A stretch of 64,000 bases of DNA, from positions 30,938,001-31,002,000 of the forward strand of contig NC_043006.1 in NCBI RefSeq assembly GCF_006345805.1, given 5' to 3'. Source of the stretch: Octopus sinensis. Its lineage: Eukaryota. Position numbers and translations under genes: made by a program. Below are positions 53,037 through 64,000 of the stretch, in pieces (the stretch's first letter is position 1; each line of letters opens with the position of its first letter). The notes beneath the pieces were generated by a model. The model worked only from the letters and a program-made list of their open reading frames with translations, searched no databases and was not told where the DNA came from.

Positions 53037-55123
53037 GAACAAGAGGAAATAAATAGAGAGCGAGGAAGACAAATGTGTTGAGTTCAGTGGTCCAACATGG
53101 TGAATGATTGGAAAAATAAGAGGTTGAATGAAAAGGAGATAATAATAAAGAGAGGTTGAACATATGTTTCTGTCTACCAGGTCCACTGACAAGTCTTTGG
53201 TCAGCCTGGGGCTATAGAAGAAGACACTTGGTGAAGGTGTCATGCAGTGGGACTGAACCAGCAACCATGTAGTTGGAAAGCAAACTTCTTACCACACAGT
53301 AATAATGCCTGTGTCTATCTGTGTTGTTATTGATCTTTTAGTTACCTTAAGAACCCTTGTCATCATGTCACAATTCCTAAATATCCTTCTTGAAGAACTA
53401 CATAAAATTCACTCCAAAGTCAACAATTCCGACATGAAGAAATTGTAGGATTTTTTCCTGACTTTTGCCCAGATTAAATGTGTTTGGTCATCTCTGTTCT
53501 AACTTGAAACCTTTTCGTTCCCTCCCCATTGTTCTGCTGTCAGTGGCTTAGGTGGGTGAGCTGGCTGAATTGTTTGCACATTGGGCAAACTGCTTAACTG
53601 CATTTCGTCTGTCTGTGTGTTTCGAGTTCAAATTCCATCGAGGTCGACTTTGCCTTTCATCCTTTCAGGTCTGGTAAAATAAAGAACCAGTGAAACACTG
53701 GGGTCAATGTAATCAACTAACCCCCCTCCCTCCCTCTGCAGTCATTGCAGTTGATTGTATAGACATTAGCAAATTGCTGAAATGAAATAACATCATTTTA
53801 TTAAGGGTGTCAATGCCCTGAGAAAAATCTTGATTTTACTCTCTTTCCCTCCTACTATTACTCCTACTGTGACAATCTCTGCAACCCTATTTTAACCATT
53901 CCAAGTACCCCCCCTCCTCTCACTGCATAACTTCTACTCTCATTCAACTTTCTCCTCTACCCTCTAACCAAGACTCATACTTGAAGCTATTTGTTTATTC
54001 TGGCTCCCTGACATTTTGGGGACAGCCACCTCCTCCACTGGAATGCTGAATAAATTCTTTGGAAGTTGTTTAATCCCAGGCCATTGTTCACCAAGCAGAT
54101 CTACAATCAAAAGCATTCCAAAACCGACCATCTTGTCTGTATAACAGTAGGGTGTGATTTATGGGAAGTGTTAACTGCTATTTCTAGTACGTCAAGTGAT
54201 CACATAGAGACATCTTTGACGGTTGTTGTGATGATGATGATGATGATGTTTTGGGAGTTGGGGTGCCAGTGATGTTGTTGTGATCTTTCCACTTTTGTTT
54301 TTCAATGTAGTCTCTGTGATTCTAGGACAATTTGAGTGGGTGGAGGGGACAAGGTGAGGGTTAGGGCTTAAGAACTGGTAATGTAACCATAGCAATGGTA
54401 GGAGATGGTGCAGTGGCAGTCTATACAGAAGTGGTGGTGGTGGGAGGTGTTTGTTATATATTTACTATTTATGGTGGGAAAGGGACTGTTATATAATGCT
54501 GTTGTATTAAAACATGTTAGGGCGTCTCTTAATTTTGGATTTCAAAGGAAAGGGAAATTCTCACACTTTGTCAGTGTGGGTGATGGGGAAGGAGGAGTGC
54601 CGTGAATTAAGTTTGGATAGAAAAACATTGAAGGCAGTGAAATTGGTAGAAAATCAGTATTTGTTTTGGCTCCCTGTGCTTTAGGTTCAAACCCTATCAG
54701 TGAACTTTGTCTTTCATCATTTAGAGATCAATAAATAGATGGCTAGGTTGGTAGGTTGGTTAGCAGAGAGGTGATTAGATAGGTAGGTAGGTAGATCTTT
54801 TAAAAGCAGCAGCTTCTTACAATTATTGGAAGACAAAAATATGAATCTCTATTCTCTCTTTCTGCTTGCCTCTCTCCCTCTCTTTCTCCTCTTTTCTCTT
54901 TGTCTTCGATAAACACACATAAATGAATTTCTCAACATGATTGTTAAAAACTTGTTTCAATTATAAAGATATCACCTTTTAAAACTAAAAATGTCTTATT
55001 TTCAATAGTTGTCATCATCATCATCGCTTTTGGTCAGTGCTATTGACTAACACCCTCCCCTCTCCCCTCTAAATTACTGGCCTTCTGCCTAAATCAGAGA
55101 ACATTATTATCATCATCATTATG

Positions 55124-55163
<40 letters not shown>

Positions 55164-55164
<1 letters not shown>

Positions 55165-55400
55165 GGTGGTGAGCTGGCAGAATCGTTAGCACGATGGACA
55201 AAATGCTTAACAGTATTTCACTTATCGCTATGTTCTGAGTTCAAATTCTGAGTTCTGAAGTTGACTTTGCCTTTCATCCTTTCGAGATCAATGAAAACAA
55301 GTACCAATTGATCAACTTATCTCCTCCCCAAAAATGGCTGCCCTTGTGGCAAAATTTGAAGCTATTATTATTATTATATTATTATTATTATTATTATTAT
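55164..55400 (+). mobile_element. Family B SINE with (ATT)n tail abutting the ZMYND11 acceptor
   Basis: ggtggtgagctggcagaatcgttagca...ctttgcctttcatcctttcga...aaaatttgaagc followed by ATT repeats, and preceded by a long ATT run. Confidence 0.85.
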
Positions 55401-55464
55401 TGTTTCCGTATTTTTCAGAAATTGCTTGTGACTCGATTTCCAGAGAGCTCCCGGTTGGACGACT

Positions 55465-55734
55465 ATGGTGTGGAGGAGACAAGCAACAGTAGTTCAAGCT
55501 CGACAGCTACTCAATGCCATTGCATATATCAAACAACAGAAGCAAATCCCCAACTTGGAGCGCATCACGCGCTACATGCAGCGAGAACACAAAGTTCCTC
55601 CCTCCGAAACTCACAAGCAGCTACAGAATGCAGTCAAAGACAACCTCATCATTTCCTACACTGCCATTGGTAACAAAGGCTCCAAGACTGGGATGGAGCA
55701 GAAAGGATATAAGATTTCTGATGAAAGTGAGCTG
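55465..55734 (+). CDS. ZMYND11: ZMYND11/BS69 orthologue, first coding exon (SAMD1-like winged-helix domain)
   Basis: The 90 codons MVWRRQATVVQARQLLNAIAYIKQQKQIPNLERITRYMQREH...QLQNAVKDNLI...GNKGSKTGMEQKGYKISDESEL match the recalled N-terminus of human ZMYND11 (RRQAD...[25 protein letters not shown]...QLSLAVKDGLI...GCKGSKAGIEQEGYWL). Acceptor tttttcAG at 55411-55418 (alternative tttccAG ending 55443), in-frame upstream TGA at 55429-55431, phase-0 donor GTAAGG at 55735. Confidence 0.93.
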
Positions 55735-57431
55735 GTAAGGAATCTTTTGTTTTACAGTCTGTTTTTCACTACAAAAGTGCTGAGCTGGCAGAATGGTTCG
55801 CATGTTGGATGGAATACTTTCTGGCAGTTCTTCTGACTTTATGTTCTGAGTTTAAAAATCCATCGAGATCAACTTTACCTTTCATCCTTTCGGGGTTGAT
55901 AAAATATCCGTCAAGGACTGAGGTCAGTGTAACTGGTTAGCCACTTGCTCCCAAATTGCAGGCCTTGTGCCTGTAGCTTTAATGGACGCTCTATCATTTC
56001 ATCTCTGCTATCAGTTGACTTTTTGTTGTAGGTTGGGGCTACAACAGAGTATAAACACTCTGACACTGGCCCCTGTTTCTACTGGTGTATAGGAGGCTGT
56101 TAGGGTGTGATGGTCACGTTACAGACACAAACATAACCAACCACTTTCAGTGCTAATTTCAATTGTTCTTGCGGAAAATCATTCCACAGTGGGTTGAATT
56201 GTTTTTTTAAATAATTGTTATCATAAACAGAGGGGACAAAACAGGACAATACAAACAATTATTGTTATAATGAGTTTGAATGATAGTTGAATTTAAAAAA
56301 TTTAGGATTGATATATATTTTGACTTTTTGGGGGTAAAACTTGATGGACTGAAGAGCCCAGCGACTACACCTTTTTCCTTTTCTATGAAGATTAAGCAGG
56401 GTCACTTGCACCCACCTTTCTTACCACAGCCTTCCATCTTTTGTCAAACACACTTTGTGACAGTTGTCCCCTCTCCAGCCCTATCTTGCTCTTCACATGA
56501 TATCTGAAAAAGGTGAGCGATCCAGGGCCAGGGATGAAGGTTCCCGTCACAAGTCCTTGCAGTCTAGTCTTCCAAACACACTCTTCCAACACTGCCACTG
56601 TAAGGAAAAAACACGCCTCACCTTCCTTCGAGAGCCTGGTGGGCGGCACTATCTTTATTATAGATTCAGCTGATAGCTGTACTCTGCCTAGGTGTGACAA
56701 CACATGTTACAGTGGGTTGAGGTGGAGTGTGACATCATGTTCTGCAGTGCTTCTGCTACTGCTTAGAGTTGTGATCATATCTTGCAATATTTATTTAAAT
56801 ATAAGAAGACCGAGCTGAAGAAAGTTAGTGTCTTGGCTACTTGTCTTTGTTTTGCTTTTCCTGACTGTATTTTCATTACTTTTGGTATAATTACAAATTA
56901 CCAAAATGACAGTGTGTGTGTTTCTTTAAGTTTGTACCTTATTATAATTGAGGGTCCATTTTCCATGCTGGAATGGGTTGGGCAGTTTGAGAGGAACTGT
57001 CAAGCCACTAGGCATGGGTTGGACAGTTTGATAGGAACTGCCAAGCCACTGGATATGGGTTGGGCAGATGACAGGACCTGTCAAGCCACCGGGCTATGAT
57101 GAGCCCCCCCCCATATCATCTTTGGTACAGTGTCTATGGCTGGATGCCCTTCTTAATGCTATCCACTTTACAGAGTCTACTGGGTGCTGTTCTTGTGCAT
57201 ATATGTCAATATGTAGTGTTTCATTAGATTAAATTGCTCAGTTGCCAATCTTCTATTGACCTTGAACAATGAGAGAAGAGGGTCTATTTCTATCATTTCT
57301 GCCACTATCAGAATAAATTCTCTATCAATGGCTCTCTCAACAACTCCCTTCTATTTTAACTCTAGTTGACCCTTTACTGCAACTCTTTAACTAATTCAGC
57401 GATTGTATTGTTTTTGTATTGTTCTTTACAG

Positions 57432-57587
57432 GTTGATGATGGCCATGATTGGTATTGTTTCAAATGCCATGGTCCAGGAGATGTTATTAGCTGCAACAAA
57501 TGTTGGCGTGTTTTCCATTTAAGTTGCTTTGAAGAAGAAGAAGAATCTTATACTAATGGTCACAAGCACATATGTTATATTTGCAAG
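57432..57587 (+). CDS. ZMYND11: ZMYND11 second coding exon (PHD finger, C4HC3)
   Basis: Acceptor ttctttacAG ends at 57431. The 156 nt give 52 codons VDDGHDWYCFKCHGPGDVISCNKCWRVFHLSCFEEEEESYTNGHKHICYICK, compared with human [28 protein letters not shown]. Donor GTAAAG at 57588. Joins the previous exon in phase 0. Confidence 0.94.
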
Positions 57588-59529
57588 GTAAAGAAATTAA
57601 ATTCAATCTAACATCCCCACCCCACCCCCACCCTTTATTTAAATTTCAGATTTTAACAAAAAAGAAGAAAATGTCTTAAATCAATTTTCCTTGTGAACCG
57701 TTTCACATTTTGTGTTTACTCAGACAGTACCGATATTGAAATAGAATTTGGCTTGACTTCTTCATTTTCTTTGTTCTATTTCAAAAATTATTTTGTTAGA
57801 CAAACCAACTTCATGAATTCTATAATTGTAAAAAAAATTCAAATATTTGATAATTGGTGGCCTTATCATAGAGATGAACGCCCCAAAACCCACTCAGATA
57901 CTTTTTTTTTCATCACTTAGAAGAGGAAGTGCAGAACCCGGGATTTTTTTGTCAGGTTACCAACTTGTGGGTTATTCTCAGACCTGGTCTCAATATTTAC
58001 AACAGAATGGGCCCAGTTAAAGACTCTTAAGGACCAGGTGTGGGGAGATTAAGCTAGTTGACAAATTAAGTCTACCACTCAAGAATATATTTCAGTTTAT
58101 ATGATCAGCTTCTGAACTGTTTCCATTCACAAAGTCTGAGGTAGAAAACCCTAACATAAGGTGCCACACAGTAAGATCAGTGAACCCTTTAAAAAGCATC
58201 CAGTACATTTTGTAAAGTGGTTGGCATTAAGAAAAGCATCCAGTCATAGGAAACCTAGCAGAACAGACAATTGGAGCCTGGTGCAACTCTCCATCTTGTT
58301 AGCTCTTCTCTCATGACCGAATTTTATTCCCATTGTTTACTGCTTCGTTGCTCTTGTGGTGAGTGAAAATGACTGTTTCGTCATGTATTTCAGTTAATAA
58401 AAAAATCAATAAAATTATTCCCAAACTGTTGCTATATCTTAACCAATATTCTTGTATTCTCTTTCTGTTACTCTTAGGACATCCAGGTAAACCAATTTCT
58501 CAGCATCTATTTTATATGAAAATGCAAATTATTCTCTTTTCTTCTTTTTTTTTTGGTTGTCTTAGACTTGCACAAACCATGCTGATAATCTGCTTCACCA
58601 ATTCTTTATGTTTGTGAAGGGTTTTTGCAAGACTGTACATTTTTATTCAAGAGGTAAAAGGAAAATAAATGAAAGTAAGAAACAGTAAAAAAAAACGAAA
58701 AATGGATTTAAATGCAAAGAAAAAACAATGAAGAAATAAATATTAATGATAAATTCTAAAATGGGAATATTATACGCTTTCTTGAAGAAAATAGTAAATG
58801 GTGTGCTGAATTGACATCGATCATTTATACTGGATGATGATAATGATAAAGGTGATGATGATGATAAAATGATAAATAACAAAAATCTTGACTAAAACTA
58901 ATCATGTCAGTTAATGATCGATTGCAATATTGGTAAAAACATGTTCTTTATCCAATATTTTACTTCTTGAAATTTAAACTTTTTTTTTTACATTTAGTTT
59001 AATTCTTGCTTTATTTTTATATATAGATTTTTAAAAAATATTATTTGCATCTTTCTTTTTGAAAATCTTTAATTGTCATTTTTTTTTCCTTCTTATTTTT
59101 GTTTGTTTAGCTTTTTTATACCTGCCAATCTGAAAGCTATTTCTGCATTAAATGCACGTTTCCTTTAATTAGTATTTGAATTGTATTAGCAAGGTTTGCC
59201 AGTTTTCTTTAACCCCTGTCTCTAGACTAGGTTGCATATTTGTTTAGCCCTTCCTTATAAAATTGTGTTTGTGTTAAGTGCAGTTCTCCTGAGTTCTGTG
59301 TTTTTTTGCACACTGTCATGTTAATTTACCTCCTACAGCTCTAGAAAACATTTCATATTAAAGTTTAATATGAATTATGATCTCTAGAGATTCACAGCTG
59401 GCCAAGTGAATGATGTGACAATACATTATAGGAATGGTTAATGTTTCATTTCTCATCACCAGTCTTGTAATGACCATCACTAAATACATTTATCATATGT
59501 ATGATGTATGTACACACATATGCATGTAT

Positions 59530-60120
59530 GATTGTTTGTTTGTTTGTTTGTTCTATTTTTAATTATTCTTGCAAGGAAGGAGCTGGTCTCTAATGAAGAT
59601 ACAAAGCTCCATCATTGGAATGTAGATAATGAAAACAATGTCACATTTTAAACTTGAAGAAAATCTTGTATATTTTGACTGTTCCACTTACAGATTGTAA
59701 TTGTAATATGTGAATCAGTTTGGTTGATTTCCTTGTTCTGAAAACCCTAGTGTATCTAGATTGTCACTTAGTCATTTACTCACAAAACCAAGGGCGCCAG
59801 TTCTTATTGGTATAAATGGGAATTTATAATCTGGATTATAGAAACTGGAGGTTCTGAAGCAGTTATCCATTGTCATCCTCTTTCCCTTTGATTTTCAAAG
59901 AAATATTCACACCAACAGGACAGTTGGCTTCAATGATGGCACATACTTCTTTTTGTCTGTCCTGAACAATGATATCTGCTCTGTTGTTTACTTTTGACAG
60001 AAGTTTTGATGGAAATGATCCACCAGTTTTCCTTGTGTGGATGTTTATGTATGTATTCAATAACGGGGGCATTTTCCATATCTGTCCCAAGACACTCTGT
60101 CCTGAGATGAGTATATGCAT
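59530..60120 (-). mobile_element. RLE-type (R4-like) LINE 3' fragment in ZMYND11 intron
   Basis: The minus strand gives NNRADIIVQDRQKEVCAIIEANCPVGVNISLKIKGKEDDNG (degenerate NRPD..D..K...IIE..CP.D.NI..K..EK RLE motif), then PIRTGALGFVSK, NLDTLGFSE and LQLQSVSGTVKIYKIFFKFK. Confidence 0.8.
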
Positions 60121-60154
60121 GCATTTATATGTGTGTGTGTGTATGTATGTGCAT

Positions 60155-60193
<39 letters not shown>

Positions 60194-60699
60194 CATGCAT
60201 GCTTTCACATCCACAGCCTTATCTCTAGAAATGCTATTGGAAATTTTTCCTAGCCTCTCACAAAATTATGAAAACCATTTGTAGCTTTCTGAATGTGCCA
60301 TGTTAGCTACTAAAAGTGATGTTGCGGCCCTCATTACCGAACCAATTGCAGCTCAATCAGGCTGATATCAGTCAGTTGACCCTACCAAGCAAAGTTACCC
60401 CAATTTTTCATCTAGTTGCTGTTCCTCCTCCCAATCTATAACTGAAAATAGGACCATACATTATTTAGTTGATCTGAAATTTGGAGGCACTAAAACTCTG
60501 TGATCGTCCCACATTGTCAAAATTCTTCTAACCAATGTTCTCAAAACTAGCATTTTCACTTCAATGGAGAAAATATTTCCAGTGTAACTACTCTTCTTCT
60601 CATTCCATCAGCCAGCTCACCATTTCAGAGTAAATACCTTTATTTTCCAAGGTCATTGTCATTTTCTTTAAGCGTTGACAAGTCTTAAGGAATATCCTT

Positions 60700-62220
60700 C
60701 ACAGTTACAGGAATTAAACTGACACTTCTCTGTTTCTCTCAAGGTCAGCTCTAAATTTTATGATTATATTTTGTGTCCTCAAATTTGAGACAAATCTTTG
60801 CAGAAGCTGGCTGATGTGGCATAAGCATCTTTAAAAGACTGATGTCACTTACTTGTCTACCATCCCTAGTTCTATCTGGGATGGTCTAACATTCTACTTC
60901 TTAGCATATATTCCTGTGTGGCAAGATATTTCTAAAGCAAATTGTTGTTTTTCAAAAACATAAATCATTTGATATTTTAGTCTCTGTGGAGTCTCATATT
61001 TTCAAGGATCAGTGTGATGAAGATGGTCTGCTGGCAAAAATTTTAGAAAGACTTTAATTCACGGATGAAATAAATTTTACAAATCTCAATATGTTTATAT
61101 AATGTTGTTGCTCAACCTAAAATCATTTCCCCTTAATAAAGCTACTATACACCAAGAAATGTATAATGTTCAATGGAGCTGCAAACTTTATTGACATAGA
61201 ATCTATGTGAATCGATTACAGGCAGAGGATGCTCCACTGATTCTTGGAGTCATTGAGAATCATCTGTTGGTAAATAGAGACCAAGAACTGCATGATTTTG
61301 GTTCTGTTGCAAGCAGTTTGGCCATGGCTCCACTCTAAAGATAACTTCCTCCAATTAGTTCCAGGGGCTCTGAAAATGGTCCAGAGCATTGTTTTTTCTC
61401 TGATTAAGCCAAAATTTCTTTTAGATATTTAAATGTGATGTAAAACGAAACATATCCAACTGATCTCTAAATCACAGACTTTGTCTGGCTGTGATAGGAA
61501 TTTGGTTACAAAACAAAGAGGAATGTTTTGTCTGCAGATGAAATTTCAATGTAAACTCAGCAGTGTAGCCTGGTATAGTTTCTTTTGGTAAACACAGTTG
61601 ATTTCTGGTGCATGATATGTGTGTAATTAGCTCAGTGTTAATTTGTCAGCTAGAAGAGGTGGCTGTCACCACCTGGCAGGTATTGGTTTTTAATTTAAAA
61701 CTGTATTAGAACTGTATGTCACCTGTAATCTGTTCATAACCAGTAACTTGTATGAGAAGGGTCTGTTGACATTAGCCAAGAGTAAGTGTAAATGCCTCAC
61801 TAGTCAGCTTGGAATGGCTGGTGTTTAGTTCCAGTTTTATAGTGTTAAGTGGTTGAGAGATTGAACCTCTCCCTATGTAGGATGCAAGTCCACCTTGGAT
61901 GACAATTCTTAATGATCTGGTACATATTTCTGACAGTTAAGTGAAATGATTGTATCAATAATTTAAATACACAAATACAGATTGAAAGACTTTGCAGTGA
62001 GTTTGATTTGAATGAAAAGCTTATAAGCTGGGATCACAGTTATTAGGCCATTCCATTTGTACAGCAGCTGGTAGGAATTAGCTGGAATCTTGACATATTG
62101 GCGTGGAGCTGCGCTGTAATCTTCTCATTGACAACTTGTATGAGTAGAGTTGGCTTCGACAATCTAAGGAATAAGCGCTATTCTGTGATTTGGTTCCTTA
62201 CAATAAAACATTGTAATTGA
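60700..62220 (+). mobile_element. Highly decayed BEL/Pao LTR-retrotransposon pol remnant
   Basis: Colinear motifs on +: NHFPLIKLLYTKKCIMFNGAANFIDIESM* (61121-61210, resembling HHPVI..TTKLRIVFDAAA..DIEKM), LHDFGSVASS (resembling VHLFGAASSP), VTTWQVL..KLY..MSPVI (resembling TKRQVL..KLYDPLG.LSPVI), LVHISDS (resembling LHGFSDAS) and ELAGIL (resembling LELLAAL). Many stops and frameshifts; boundaries are uncertain. Confidence 0.6.
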
Positions 62221-63127
62221 TCTTGTTAAAGAAGTATTATCTGGTTTTGATGGAATTCAATGAGGAGGACGAGAGGAGATGGGAGGATAGAGGGAGCAAA
62301 CTTTGGGAGGGGGAGGGGTGTTTGAGAGGAAATGGTTGAGAAATAGAGAAAGCTGGTTGGAGGAAAGACGAGGGGTGTGTAAAATGAAAGGAAGACAAGT
62401 GGTAGAGAGAGAGAAGAGGGAGGAGGAGGAAGAATGCTGAAATAGGACAAAACAGAAGTTTGTAATTTTAGTCATTATTAGTGTTACATATTTATAGAGG
62501 CCAATAACCTAACAAAAGTTGTAGAAAGAAGAGGAGGGAGAACATAGGTTCCAGCACATCACTCACTCCCCCCTTGCCCCCCACTTCCGCTTGTCCTCCT
62601 TATGTTCTCTTGTTATTTCTGGTTCCAGTTATAGAGCTATTTATTCTTGGTTACTTAAATAATCTCCATTTTTTTTTTCTTTCTTGTTTCGTCTCTCCCC
62701 CGCACCATTCCTCTGAGAAGTCCCCCGCTCCCAACTTTACATTCCACACAAAACATAAAACAACTGACAACACTACAATCTGAAAGGTCGTCGGCTCAAA
62801 TCTGCTGTAAATACTTTAGTGTTTGTTGCCTTCAGTCTAATGATAATGGACAGCACAGCATCTCGGTTATTTCTGACTGCTGGTCATATCAGAATTGATG
62901 GAACAAGTACCAGTCAAATACTGGGGTTGAGGTAATTAAAGTTGCTACTCCTGGATCAAGATCAGTAATCCTCCACCTCCTCCTCCTCCTTTCTTTCTTC
63001 TTTCTTTCTTTCCCCCCTCCTCCTCCTCCTCCTCCTTAGAAGATGGTGCAGAGGTTATGGTGTTATGTTTCCTGAAGATCACTTTGTGTTCCAGGTTCAA
63101 ATCCTGAACAACAAGTTTGCTTTTAAA

Positions 63128-63850
63128 GGCAGTGGGCTGGCAGAATTGTTAGCATGCCAGATGGAATGCTTAGCAGCATTTTTGTCTGTCTTTATGTTCC
63201 GAGTTCGAATTCCACTGAGGCCGATTTTGTCTTTCATCCTTTCGGGGTCGATAAATTAAGAACTGGTGTTTCATTGAGGTTGATGTAATCAACTAGTCCC
63301 CCACCCCTCAAATATCAGGCCTTGTGCCTTCAGTAGAAAGAATTATTAGTATTTAATTATTTATTGCCCACAAGGGGCTAAACATAGAGGGGACTAACAA
63401 TGACAGACAAAGGGACTAAGTCGTTTACATCGACCCCGGTGCGTAACTGATACTTAATTAATCGACCCCGAAAGAATGAAAGGCAAAGTCAACCTCAGCG
63501 GAATTTGAACTCAGAATGCAGCGGCAGATGAAATACCGCTAAACATTTCACCTGGTGTGCTAACGATTCTGCCAGCTTACCGCCTTCTATTATTATTATT
63601 ATTACTACTAAGGTGGCAAGATGGCAGAATCGTTAACATGTTGTACAAAATGTTGCAAAGCATTTCCTCTGTCTTTATGTTCTGAGTTCAAACCCTGTTG
63701 AGGTCAACTTTGCCTTTCATCCTTTGGTGGTTGATAAAATAAACACCAGCCAAGCACTGGGATCAATGTAATTGACTTCTCCCTCCCCTTAAAAGCTGCT
63801 GGCCCTGTGGCAAAATTCGAAATCATTATTATTATCATTATTATTATTAT
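63128..63850. mobile_element. Cluster of three family B SINEs (+, -, +)
   Basis: Copies at about 63128-63345(+), 63358-63586(-) and 63612-63850(+). Confidence 0.85.
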
Positions 63851-64000
63851 CTTCACCTTTGTGCCTTTTCTCCCTTGTTAAAAGAGTACAATTTAATTTC
63901 CATTTCACTAGAAGCGGGTGCTGAAATATTCATAGCTTACAGTAAAAGGAAACAAGAGGATCAGTTAATTATGATTTTATTCAACATATTCCCCTCATTT

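Noticed and set aside
55308-55673. Overlapping 121-aa ORF across the ZMYND11 exon
   Set aside because: It starts at a non-ATG codon inside a SINE, runs through the ATT microsatellite, and is an alternative frame of the real exon.
56392-56818. Several overlapping ORFs of 70-100 aa in the ZMYND11 intron
   Set aside because: No recognisable domain, and the flanking exons already join in frame and colinear with the human protein.
57588-64000. Expected ZMYND11 bromodomain/PWWP exons
   Set aside because: No matching peptide with splice sites was found by eye; they probably lie beyond the window, though a short divergent exon could have been missed.

Overview
This is eukaryotic, AT-rich, microsatellite-dense genomic DNA. 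It is most likely a coleoid cephalopod (Octopus-like); that call is inferred from recalled SINE/LINE families and not confirmed by a search. Almost all ORFs in the supplied track are spurious translations of microsatellites and SINEs. The only host gene I can support is the 5' part of a ZMYND11/BS69 orthologue on the + strand: a first coding exon with a SAMD1-like winged-helix domain (CDS 55465-55734) and a PHD-finger exon (57432-57587). No further exons were found in the window. The rest is probably intron or intergenic sequence filled with mobile DNA: several tRNA-derived SINE families, many RTE-LINE 3' ends (two still attached to ORF2), R4/Dong-type restriction-like-endonuclease LINE fragments, a decayed BEL/Pao pol remnant, hAT-like and other MITEs, and a near-perfect 1.38-kb tandem duplication. 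The most interesting signal is a Penelope-like element (31270-31770, - strand). Its GIY-YIG ORF end is followed by a tRNA-like Pol III promoter module and then a minimal hammerhead ribozyme. The same hammerhead recurs as an inverted pair at 40298-40550, and two other hammerhead-like motifs occur at about 36957 and 53000. Repeat boundaries were read by eye and are approximate.
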